64,000 nt of DNA, taken from contig JACPIF010000010.1 of assembly GCA_016188215.1 (NCBI GenBank), positions 43,174-107,173 on the forward strand, given 5' to 3'. Numbering within the stretch: the stretch's first letter is position 1; every line of letters begins with the position of its first letter. Of the stretch, positions 32,100 to 40,075 are shown piece by piece. Below the pieces are notes generated by a model. The model searched no databases and was not told the origin of the DNA. It worked only from the letters and a program-made list of their open reading frames with translations. Position numbers and translations under genes: made by a program. This DNA comes from Candidatus Woesearchaeota archaeon. GTDB lineage: Archaea; Nanobdellota; Nanobdellia; Woesearchaeales; JACPIF01.

Positions 32100-32240
32100 A
32101 TCTTAAAGATATATCTTATTTTGACATATAGTGAAACTAACAAATATTTAAATCTTTGCATTATATCCTATTTTGATATATGAGATTGCTTGGCAATCTC
32201 GGATACTCAAAAATAGGTCTATTTTTGATATATCAAGAAA
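32100..32240. promoter_or_regulatory. divergent promoter region with three ~52-bp-spaced ATTTTGAYATAT motifs and a perfect 8-3-8 palindrome
   Basis: The motif occurs at about 32114-32130, 32167-32182 and 32218-32234. The palindrome gagattgc-ttg-gcaatctc is at 32182-32200. The outer motifs sit about 25-30 nt from the two divergent start codons, which is a TATA-like position. Confidence 0.4.
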
Positions 32241-32260
32241 TACAAAGTTATTTATAATTC

Positions 32261-32698
32261 ATGCCATCCCCAATTGATATGGCAGACATCAAAGTGACCA
32301 ACATGGTGAAGTTCTACACGCTGAGCCTCCTGGCAGCGGGCCCTAAACACGGCTATGAGCTCCTCAAGGAACTGGAAGGCAGGCTGGGCAGGAAGATGAG
32401 CGCCTCCCATGTGTACCCTTTCCTAAACAGCCTGAAGCAGAAGCGGCTGGTTACCATCAACCGGAGGGGCGGCCGCGAAAAAAAGGTATACCAATTGACC
32501 CCGAATGGCAAGGCTTTCACCAGGCGGATGTTCGTAAAGTTTGGGGACCTCATCTCGCTTGCCATTGAGCCGAAGCTTACAATCTGCATGCAATGCGGCT
32601 GCAAAGTATATGAAGGCGGGCATGAGGAAAGCGTAGGTGGCAAAGCCATGAAGTTCTGCTGCCAATATTGCGCCAGGTCATACCGCTCCCGGCACTAG
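32261..32698 (+). CDS. PadR-family winged-helix regulator fused to C-terminal Cys-rich (zinc-ribbon/metal-binding-like) tail
   Basis: The PadR core is LAAGPKHGYELLKELE..HVYPFLNSLKQKRLV. The tail is CMQCGCKVYEGGHEE..KFCCQYCARSY. Confidence 0.55.
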   Translation: MPSPIDMADIKVTNMVKFYTLSLLAAGPKHGYELLKELEGRLGRKMSASHVYPFLNSLKQKRLVTINRRGGREKKVYQLTPNGKAFTRRMFVKFGDLISLAIEPKLTICMQCGCKVYEGGHEESVGGKAMKFCCQYCARSYRSRH

Positions 32699-32707
32699 CT
32701 ACTCCTG

Positions 32708-33229
32708 TTATTCCTTGCAGCAGTCCACCAGCTTCTTGACCATAAGCGAAAAGCGGCGCATCATCCCTTTCTCTGCATCCTCCTTCTGTAGGGCATCAGG
32801 TTTCCTGGCAGACTGACTGAATTCCTCAACTGCAACAAGCTTCAGATTTATAGCAAAGAATAATGAGTACATGTTGAAGGCAGCAGTGAAGAATTCCTCT
32901 GCCTCCTCAATATTTTTCCTTGAAAGCTCTTTTGTGCCGACTTCCATGAGGCGCATGCTGGCAGCCAGCAGATGCTTGCTGATGCACCATTCCTCCCCTT
33001 TAGGGCTCTTCACTATCTTGGCAAGCATCTTTTTCCGTAATTCGCGGACACTGTCCAGCATCTCAAGATACTTGCGGTTTCCGGTCTTCATGGCAGTAAA
33101 ATAAAGATGCTCTTCCAGGCTGAGCAGGTTCATTATGCCTATGCTAAGATCCTCGTCCCTTGAAAGATCAGCGCTCCCTTTCTTCTGCTCTTCCAGTTTC
33201 CTGAGCCAAACCTGTATCTCTTCTTCCAT
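32708..33229 (-). CDS. hypothetical cytoplasmic protein
   Basis: The ORF is 173 aa and helical, with a C-terminal CC. Confidence 0.35.
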   Translation of the reverse strand: MEEEIQVWLRKLEEQKKGSADLSRDEDLSIGIMNLLSLEEHLYFTAMKTGNRKYLEMLDSVRELRKKMLAKIVKSPKGEEWCISKHLLAASMRLMEVGTKELSRKNIEEAEEFFTAAFNMYSLFFAINLKLVAVEEFSQSARKPDALQKEDAEKGMMRRFSLMVKKLVDCCKE

Positions 33230-33239
33230 GCAGACCTCC

Positions 33240-33782
33240 TCATACGATAAAGTACAATCCCAGCCAGCCTAAGCCTAAGGCCATTACAGTCAACGCAACC
33301 CCCTGGTAGGGGAACAGGACCTTGCCCCGCACAGCCTTAATCCTCACATGAGTCCAGTAAGCAATAATGGTGAGCAATGCGCCAAAGGCGCTGCCAAACA
33401 GCATCTTTGGAATCCAGTACACCTTGTTCAGCAATGTTCCGGGCTCTCCGCCAAGCAGGATTGGCAAATATAGCATATCATTATTGATGTACAGCAGTGG
33501 CATTACTGTCAGCAATAAGGAACTGACCGTAAGCACTGATTTTTGGAATGGAACCTTGGCTCCGTATCTTCTTTCTATAACCAGTGCAAACCATAATCCT
33601 GTGGATATCCCGAAAGCGCCCAGCATCAATCCTATGAGGCTTGGGTCAAAGCCATAATAGCTTGCAGAGGCAGCAGCGCTACCCACAGCTATGGTACATA
33701 GAGGGCAATGCGCCCATGCCTGCGGCATCCTTAACAGCAGAAGTGCCGGGAGTGCAAAAAGCCAAAAAATTACCTTTTTCAT
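33240..33782 (-). CDS. membrane protein with N-terminal HCPLC motif
   Basis: Start is placed at ATG 33780-33782 (MKKVIF). The signal-like N-terminus is followed by AHCPLCT and about 5 TM helices. Confidence 0.45.
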   Translation of the reverse strand: MKKVIFWLFALPALLLLRMPQAWAHCPLCTIAVGSAAASASYYGFDPSLIGLMLGAFGISTGLWFALVIERRYGAKVPFQKSVLTVSSLLLTVMPLLYINNDMLYLPILLGGEPGTLLNKVYWIPKMLFGSAFGALLTIIAYWTHVRIKAVRGKVLFPYQGVALTVMALGLGWLGLYFIV

Positions 33783-33784
33783 GG

Positions 33785-33943
33785 TTAATGACAGCACCCG
33801 CCCTTCTTTGAATTTTTAGCATTTTTCTCGTATTGCTGAACACATGCACTTGAGCAAAACCACTCATCATGCTTCCGTATCCCCTTGCCTTTTTCTTCTT
33901 TCATTCCACAAATTGGATCTTTTTTCCTTAGGAAGCCAAACAT
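33785..33943 (-). CDS. YHS/TRASH-domain metal-binding protein
   Basis: DPICGMKEEKGKGIRKHDEWFCSSACVQQYE matches the YHS pattern (DPVCGM.V....YYFCS..C...F). The C-terminus ends GGCCH. Confidence 0.6.
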   Translation of the reverse strand: MFGFLRKKDPICGMKEEKGKGIRKHDEWFCSSACVQQYEKNAKNSKKGGCCH

Positions 33944-33944
33944 T

Positions 33945-34283
33945 TTAACAACCCCCAACCATGCCGGATGATGAAGGTGTTGCTCCTTGCTGCACTCCCG
34001 CAGGAAGCACGCCATGGTGCTCATACATCATCTTATCGTTCTCTGACCATGAGGATATGTCAAGCGATTGCTGCCCTGCCACTGATGCTCCAGACGCAAT
34101 CTCTCCCCTTAGTGTATTTATCTGGAATGCCTGCACTACTACAAACAGCAGCACAAGGCTGACCATGCCGAGGATTATGTAGCTCCTTAGCTTGCCCTGG
34201 CCTGATTCATGGCTCTCTCCAGCTTTTTCCTTGCTGTGTGAGCCACAGCAATCCTCTACTCCTTTTTCGTCTCTATGTCTCAT
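33945..34283 (-). CDS. single-TM protein ending in C-terminal MVGGC
   Basis: The N-terminus has DCCGSH, one TM follows, and the protein ends ..SSSGMVGGC. The SD GGAGGT lies 8 nt upstream. Confidence 0.5.
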   Translation of the reverse strand: MRHRDEKGVEDCCGSHSKEKAGESHESGQGKLRSYIILGMVSLVLLFVVVQAFQINTLRGEIASGASVAGQQSLDISSWSENDKMMYEHHGVLPAGVQQGATPSSSGMVGGC

Positions 34284-34392
34284 TTTTGATACCTCCGAAT
34301 TTATGAGGAGGTTCCAAATTCCTGTTTGATACCTCCGAATTTATGAGGAGGTTCCAAATTCCTGTTTGATACCTCCGAATTTATGAGGGGGT
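34284..34392. repeat. 40-bp direct repeat x2.7 in 5' region of 33945-34283
   Basis: The unit tttgatacctccgaatttatgaggaggttccaaattcctg repeats with period 40. Each unit has the inverted repeat cctcc-N10-ggagg. Confidence 0.85.
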
Positions 34393-34453
34393 CAGAAACC
34401 GAGAAAAGCTATGCTTTTCTGGTCCCGAAAATCTATGGATTTTCGTGGAATTA

Positions 34454-35107
34454 TTAATTTTCTATACCCCTGTACTTGTTTGATGCTATATTTATGTAAT
34501 TCAGTTCAATCCCTTTCTTCTGCATGACTGCAGCTTTCTCAGCCATTATATCCGGGAAAAACAATGTTTTCCACTTGCCAAGCTCTTCAAGAATCTCATC
34601 ATCAGTGAATTCTGAGCCGTGGTTCCTGATGAGATATTTTGCAACGCCGCGCATCGCGAAGCTGTGCTGGCATCCGCATGCAGCTTCCCCATTCTGGAAT
34701 ATTATTGAATCTGTGCCGCAGCAATATTCGCAGCTTATCTGGCTGGCAATGCTGATGTACCTTTCCTTTTCCTCGCCTGAAAGCCTGATACCAGTATCAA
34801 GCCTTCCGAGCTTAGCTATAGTACCGTCAGCCTTCTTCTGGTCCTGCAGCGAGATGTCGTCATAGCTGACACTGAGCTCGGCGCCGTATATCCTTGGCAT
34901 TCCTTTTGGGAATATGTCAGGCAGGTTCTCCTTGGCCGGCTGTGCCTGCACACCTTGCTGCATGATGGCCTGCCCTTGTATAGTATTGGAGGGAGCATTC
35001 ATGCTTCCCATACCCATCAGCTGGAATTCGTTGAATCCAGCTATGAACATGCCTGCAACCAATAATCCTAATACCAAGCGATCTATATTATCAATCTGCA
35101 TTTGCAA
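34454..35107 (-). CDS. membrane-anchored Cys-rich protein, CxxCC..CGC family (paralog of 43851-44579)
   Basis: ISCEYCCGTDSIIFQNGEAACGCQHSFAMRGVAKYLI.NH..TDDEILEELGKWK is collinear with ISCEFCCGAPSVVDNNGRDLCGCSHAQSFMGLSKYLIKTH..TNDEILLELTKWK. Confidence 0.5.
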   Translation of the reverse strand: MQMQIDNIDRLVLGLLVAGMFIAGFNEFQLMGMGSMNAPSNTIQGQAIMQQGVQAQPAKENLPDIFPKGMPRIYGAELSVSYDDISLQDQKKADGTIAKLGRLDTGIRLSGEEKERYISIASQISCEYCCGTDSIIFQNGEAACGCQHSFAMRGVAKYLIRNHGSEFTDDEILEELGKWKTLFFPDIMAEKAAVMQKKGIELNYINIASNKYRGIEN

Positions 35108-35197
35108 TCACCAGTCTTTTGATGCAAAGAAACAGCTTATCTATTTACTGATGAAACTAGTTTCATTAGAAGTTTCGTATAGAATTATCTATTTGGT

Positions 35198-35674
35198 CTA
35201 TTTAAGAACAACTATATTAGTCATGCCCCTTCTCTTCTTCTCAAGGATGCCCTTGCTCTCCATCTTGTCCAGGATACGTGTCATGCGCACCTTGCTCAGG
35301 CCCATCTCCTTGATAATGTCTGACTGGTATGCAGAGCCTTCCCTGGCCTTGACGAATTCATACACCTGTTTCTCATTAGCGTCAAGCCTGCTTAGGTCAA
35401 CTGGTTTGATGAGAGCTTTTTCGCCTGCCTTATAAAAAAACATAAGGTAGATCCCTACGCCCAGCATGATAAAGGTTATGCCAAACGCTATAGTGAGCAG
35501 CCAGGAGAGGTTGCTTTTATGGGCAGGATTATCCTGGATCTTTATTCCTTGCTCATGGGCGCTTTCGCACAGTAGCCTGGCCTGCTCATCTGTGGTTACC
35601 TTTACGAAGGCAAGGATAAACAACAGGATGATTGATACTGTAAGGAGCCCTGCTCCAATTGTCTTTGTCTGCAT
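35198..35674 (-). CDS. membrane-anchored winged-HTH (MarR/TrmB-like) protein
   Basis: Two TM segments are followed by a C-terminal wHTH (EKQVYEFVKAREGSAYQSDIIKEMGLSKVRMTRILDKMESKGIL). Confidence 0.45.
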   Translation of the reverse strand: MQTKTIGAGLLTVSIILLFILAFVKVTTDEQARLLCESAHEQGIKIQDNPAHKSNLSWLLTIAFGITFIMLGVGIYLMFFYKAGEKALIKPVDLSRLDANEKQVYEFVKAREGSAYQSDIIKEMGLSKVRMTRILDKMESKGILEKKRRGMTNIVVLK

Positions 35675-35695
35675 AGTGCTATAGAAAATAGGGGG

Positions 35696-36262
35696 CTATT
35701 TATCTTTCTTTCGCTTGGCCTTTATTTGCTTACCAAGCAGCTTTCTTTTTTGATATTGCATATGGAAAAATACAAGGGCAAATGAAAAGAGCAGGATGAT
35801 CCAATTCCACTTGAAGAAGGTAGGCTGGCCCCATGAAACTAGCCCTGGAAAGGGAACTTGCTGGAGCGGCCAGAACGGTTTTAGCTCAAACACGTTCTTG
35901 TGGGTAAATATGTCCATGGTGATGTGCAGGGCAAGCGCGAAAGTGGCTGGAGCTGTGTATTCCCTATAAGTGAAGTACAGGATTACCGCAATCAAAGCAA
36001 TAAAGAAATAATTGTGGTTGATGTAATACCAGGTGAACATCCATTGCGGGAAATGAGGGGCAATCTGGTAGAAATCACTTCTAGCTGGAAAATGAGTGAG
36101 CATATAGAAGAACTGAGGCGCGAACAGCAAGTCAATCCCGAAGCCTGCAATGACTGCAGTAGCAATTTTCTTCTTTGTGTTGAAATAGCCGGCAGTTGGC
36201 TTCCACTGGCTTAGAAGGTATACTATTACGAATGTCCATAACGCGTGGGCAGCAACATCCAT
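35696..36262 (-). CDS. polytopic membrane protein, unknown function
   Basis: The product is hydrophobic and His/aromatic-rich, with a lysine-rich C-terminus. Confidence 0.4.
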   Translation of the reverse strand: MDVAAHALWTFVIVYLLSQWKPTAGYFNTKKKIATAVIAGFGIDLLFAPQFFYMLTHFPARSDFYQIAPHFPQWMFTWYYINHNYFFIALIAVILYFTYREYTAPATFALALHITMDIFTHKNVFELKPFWPLQQVPFPGLVSWGQPTFFKWNWIILLFSFALVFFHMQYQKRKLLGKQIKAKRKKDK

Positions 36263-36320
36263 GTTTAGAGAAAGAGTTATTTACTATATAAAACGGTACT
36301 AAACTAACGAGGATATTAGT

Positions 36321-36446
36321 CGGTGAGCTGAAGCTTACCTCCAGGGCGACGTTGGTCCCCCGAATCGCGAGTTTGCTGCGCATCGGGGGACTTTTGGGCA
36401 CAGTGCGCGAGCAGATGCGAGCGCTTCCGCGCAGCAGCGCGGTGCA
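36321..36446. other. GC-rich structured island in AT-rich intergenic DNA (candidate ncRNA/structured element)
   Basis: A 9-bp perfect stem gtcccccga/tcgggggac (36354-36390) is followed by GC-rich palindromic runs (gcgcttccgcgc). It shares collinear motifs with 50080-50165. Confidence 0.3.
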
Positions 36447-36491
36447 AGTTTTATTGTTTAAATGTTTTAAAGAAATAGCTAACTCCAAGTC

Positions 36492-37034
36492 TTATTTGCC
36501 CATCTTTAGCATGACACTCTGAAACAGCCTGTAGTTCTTGTGCTTCATGAATTTGAGGCGCTGCTCTGCAGGGAGGGTGTATATAAAATCATGCATCATG
36601 TGAAGCGCCTTGCGCACATCTTCCTTGGCTATCTGATGCTCCCTGTTCTTAGCGTGATGCTCGGCCCTAAACCGGTCCATGACCTTTCCCTTAAACCTTA
36701 GATCTTTTATTTTAAAGATAGCATCCATTACCGCATCCCTTGTCTTCTTCAAGTCTGCCTGCATAAGCTTCTCGCGGGCAAGGAGCACTGCTATCTTATT
36801 CTTCAGCTCATTCTCTGGCCTGAATTCCTGCTTGGCACGCTCATTATGCCTGGCTGCAAGGAAATGCAGGGTATATAATGATATGAACATAACTGCCAGC
36901 CCATAGACAGAAAGCGGGATGTTATTATTCAACAGGCCGAGCAGCAAGAAGGCGGCGCCTGCAATGAAAAAAAGGTTATCCAGAACCCTCAGTACTATGT
37001 TGCCCTCTATCTCATTATGGAATGCCTTGAGCAT
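36492..37034 (-). CDS. membrane protein with 2 TM and charged coiled-coil tail
   Basis: Only hydrophobicity and charge pattern support this call. Confidence 0.4.
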   Translation of the reverse strand: MLKAFHNEIEGNIVLRVLDNLFFIAGAAFLLLGLLNNNIPLSVYGLAVMFISLYTLHFLAARHNERAKQEFRPENELKNKIAVLLAREKLMQADLKKTRDAVMDAIFKIKDLRFKGKVMDRFRAEHHAKNREHQIAKEDVRKALHMMHDFIYTLPAEQRLKFMKHKNYRLFQSVMLKMGK

Positions 37035-37170
37035 CTACCTACCCCTTTTTAATTAAGTACACGCTTATTGCTATATAAAGTTAACGGTGCATCTATACTA
37101 GAAAAGAAAATAAAAAATAAAATCTTATCATGCGCTATTGGGCTCTTCAATGTTTATGCTTTATTGAAAT

Positions 37171-37434
37171 TTATTTAAGGATTTTACCATCAGTAAAAGC
37201 CCATTGAGCTATGCCAAATAAACCCATTATAGTGTATAAAGCCATTCCACTAAAGACGGCCAAATATTGCCACCCAGAAACTGTCTGGGTTACACCATAA
37301 AGTGCTATGCCCAATCCAAAGATGGTTGTGGCATTTGTTAGGTTCTGATTCATGTTTTTTCTCCTAAGACCTAATCTTTTTGCTTTAGCTTGAGCTAGCC
37401 CTGAAAAGATACACAAATTTAATATAGAACTCAA
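37171..37434 (-). CDS. small membrane protein
   Basis: The 87-aa product has 2 TM. Confidence 0.35.
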   Translation of the reverse strand: MSSILNLCIFSGLAQAKAKRLGLRRKNMNQNLTNATTIFGLGIALYGVTQTVSGWQYLAVFSGMALYTIMGLFGIAQWAFTDGKILK

Positions 37435-37573
37435 CCAACTCGACTCTTTGCTAAATGAGAGCTAGTGAGCCTATTGGGTTTACTTGCTAGCCTAGCAAGC
37501 TTCGGCTTGTTAGATCTTATTTTTGTCCATTCTGACTGTAACTCGTACTTAAACTTTATGATGGTAACGGCGC

Positions 37574-39199
37574 TCAGGCAGCCCTCGGAGGCTCTCCCTC
37601 TTTCTTTGCCCTTCGGTACATGAGCCAGGCAACACCAACTGCTATGAAGGTGCTCACGATAAGAATTATGTTCACAGGATTTGAGAATGTCTGCCTTGCA
37701 AATGCTGCAATCTCCCTGACCTGCAGCGTATCCTCTACCTTGTTTGCTATATCGGACACTGTTGCAGATACGTTTGCCTTGTCCTTGAGGCTCTCAACCG
37801 GGATATTAAAATATTTCTCTTCAGGAGGAGTATAAGGGGCTTCAACAAAAAGCTCGTATCTCCTGGTTAAGCTGAGCAGTTGGTCGTATTCAGTCATATA
37901 CTTGACATGTATGGTCACATTAAATGTGGTATTTTCAGTTACCGCAGGTGCAGTAAATGTATCATTGAATACCGTAATGCTTGAATAATTTTGCAGCTTC
38001 ATGTCAAGCGTCTTCTGCACAGCCCGGAATCCTGGCATGCCAGAGCCAACAGAGGCATCAATGCCGTCATAGTAATACTTTTCAGTATTGCTCTTGAGGG
38101 ATGCAGTAATTGTAATGGGCTTGCCTGCAGCAGCATGTGAAGGCGCATTATATATTATCTCAAGGGGTTTTGCTGCGACTGTTACGTTTGCATAGCTTAC
38201 ATACACCTTTTCCAGGCCTTGCACAACATAAGATGCCTTGAGCGGAATAGAGAAGTTTCCCGAGCTTATGGCAAGAAGCCGGACCCATGCAGATATAGCA
38301 TTTCCCTTTGAGAGCTGGCTATCCCATGAAAGCGTATTGCCATCCTTTTCAAACTCATATGTCTTGTTTGCTATCGTAAACCCTTTAGGCACTTCTATAA
38401 CAAATGAAATGCTTTGATTGTCTCCTGCCAACACGTTTCTTACAGAAGCGTTGAGCTCAACATAATCGCCTACTTCAAGAAAATTTGTGGAAACGCTTTT
38501 CTGGATCTCAAAGCTGCCATTCTTGATGTCCAGCTCAATAACGCCAAGAAGAACAGTCTTGTTAGCTACGCCATTATTGTAGCTCAGGTTTCCTGTAATG
38601 CTGAACTTTCCAGCTTCTCCAGGGCGTACTTCGTATGGGCAGCTCAGCCTCTGGTTAGGCGCAAGCTTGCCTTCCCAGGATACAATGCCTGAGCCAAGTG
38701 TGCAGTCGCTCTTCTTAGCCTCCAATGAAAAGCTTGCAGGGAACTTCTGCACGAACGTAACATTAGCTGCTTCCCGCGAGCCGGTGTTCTCAATTGTTGC
38801 TGTTATTGTAAAGGTATCTTCAATGGTACCCTCATCCTTATCTGCAACTTGCGACGCAGTTGCCTCTGCGCTCTGCCGGGTAAGGGTTATATACGCCTTA
38901 TAGTAGCGCTCCTTGGTGATAGGATCAGTGCGGTTGTGCTGCACGTCATCAACGCAGAGCTGAATGAAATCCTCAACATCGCAGAAGGTGGCATAAACCT
39001 TTAGAAGGGTGCCACCAAATTCCAGGACTACATATTTTGGGTCATCGCTCAGCACAAAATTATAGAGCGTTCCGCCAATTGTCATGTTTTCCTGCTTGAT
39101 CCAGCCTTTGATTATTGTTTCATTACCTGCAAAAGCAAAGGAGCTGAATATGCTTAACAGGAAAATAAGAAGGCAGGGCCTCAGGATACACCTTTTCAT
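37574..39199 (-). CDS. cell-surface glycoprotein candidate (signal peptide, DUF11/CARDB-like repeats, C-terminal TM anchor)
   Basis: Start is placed at ATG 39197-39199 (MKRCILRPCLLIFLL..AFAG). There are more than 15 N-x-S/T sequons. The C-terminus has a TM helix plus a basic tail. Confidence 0.55.
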   Translation of the reverse strand: MKRCILRPCLLIFLLSIFSSFAFAGNETIIKGWIKQENMTIGGTLYNFVLSDDPKYVVLEFGGTLLKVYATFCDVEDFIQLCVDDVQHNRTDPITKERYYKAYITLTRQSAEATASQVADKDEGTIEDTFTITATIENTGSREAANVTFVQKFPASFSLEAKKSDCTLGSGIVSWEGKLAPNQRLSCPYEVRPGEAGKFSITGNLSYNNGVANKTVLLGVIELDIKNGSFEIQKSVSTNFLEVGDYVELNASVRNVLAGDNQSISFVIEVPKGFTIANKTYEFEKDGNTLSWDSQLSKGNAISAWVRLLAISSGNFSIPLKASYVVQGLEKVYVSYANVTVAAKPLEIIYNAPSHAAAGKPITITASLKSNTEKYYYDGIDASVGSGMPGFRAVQKTLDMKLQNYSSITVFNDTFTAPAVTENTTFNVTIHVKYMTEYDQLLSLTRRYELFVEAPYTPPEEKYFNIPVESLKDKANVSATVSDIANKVEDTLQVREIAAFARQTFSNPVNIILIVSTFIAVGVAWLMYRRAKKEGEPPRAA

Positions 39200-39227
39200 G
39201 ATATACAAAGGTATGCACTGCTTTAAA

Positions 39228-40067
39228 TTAGTTTCTTTTAACCTGGTACAGCCTTGGAAAGTAAAACCTGTTGAAATAGACTGCAACGTACATAATAACC
39301 AGGAACAGCGCAATCATGATATATAAGTATACTGCGTACTGGAATTCTGTCGTATCCCTGAAGAAGAAATACATGAATGCGCTTCCCGCCAGGTATATGA
39401 TGCTGAAGAGTGTAAGGGCCAGCAAGAGGCTGATATATACTGCAAAATTCCTCAACTTGAATGTAAACCTGAGCGCCTGCTTTATGGATGGCATGATTGA
39501 TTGAGTATTGAAGTAAGCGGCAATCAAAGCATTATAGTATAGATATGCAAGAATGGCTATTGGTATCACGATAATAAGCCTTAGGTACTGGATAAAAACA
39601 GCGCGAACAGAGAACTGTATAATCATCATGACAAAGGTCAGGGCTGCGTAGAGCACAGCACTATTAAGCAACATTATAAAGTATAGCTTCCAGAACTTCC
39701 TGAAATTCAGACTAGTGCCCAGTTTGCTTATTGCAATATCAGTGATGCAATACCTGAAGAAAACCAGGCTGAAGAGCAGCAGCGCAGCATACAGGAGCCT
39801 GAGCCCCTGCAAAGCTATGCCTGTAAGAGGGCCGAATGCCACAGTGATGTAGTACAGCACTGTCTGGTTAAAAGCCATGATAAAAACGTAAGGGATGACG
39901 TAAAGGAATGTAAGTACAGATAATATGTCAAATGCAACAAGAAGCCAGTTGTAATGCCTTAGCTGCTTTATATCAGCATATGAATGGTAGAATTGCGTGC
40001 TTCTGAAACTTTCATTTAGCCTATTGAATATGCTTTGGCTGCCTCTTTTATCTGCCTTTTTTATCAT
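39228..40067 (-). CDS. polytopic membrane protein, unknown function
   Basis: About 7 hydrophobic helices are predicted. Confidence 0.45.
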   Translation of the reverse strand: MIKKADKRGSQSIFNRLNESFRSTQFYHSYADIKQLRHYNWLLVAFDILSVLTFLYVIPYVFIMAFNQTVLYYITVAFGPLTGIALQGLRLLYAALLLFSLVFFRYCITDIAISKLGTSLNFRKFWKLYFIMLLNSAVLYAALTFVMMIIQFSVRAVFIQYLRLIIVIPIAILAYLYYNALIAAYFNTQSIMPSIKQALRFTFKLRNFAVYISLLLALTLFSIIYLAGSAFMYFFFRDTTEFQYAVYLYIMIALFLVIMYVAVYFNRFYFPRLYQVKRN

Positions 40068-40075
40068 CTCTAAAC

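Noticed and set aside
34284-34392. CRISPR array
   Set aside because: The 40-bp units are contiguous with no unique spacers, only 2.7 copies are present, and there are no cas genes in the window. The same reasoning rejects the 8-bp repeat at 44686-44733.
34454-35107. CGCQH / CGCSH read as a c-type heme-binding motif
   Set aside because: Heme c attachment needs CxxCH. These are CxCxH, and the preceding CCG also does not give CxxCH.
36321-36446. Diversity-generating retroelement (template/variable repeat) explanation for the two GC-rich islands
   Set aside because: The two copies are only motif-collinear, not near-identical with A-specific substitutions. No reverse transcriptase is nearby. Neither copy lies in the 3' end of a protein-coding gene.
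36132-36488. 118-aa minus-strand ORF spanning the GC-rich island
   Set aside because: Its open frame is created by the GC-rich stop-poor island itself. There is no start context or domain. It overlaps the start region of 35696-36262.
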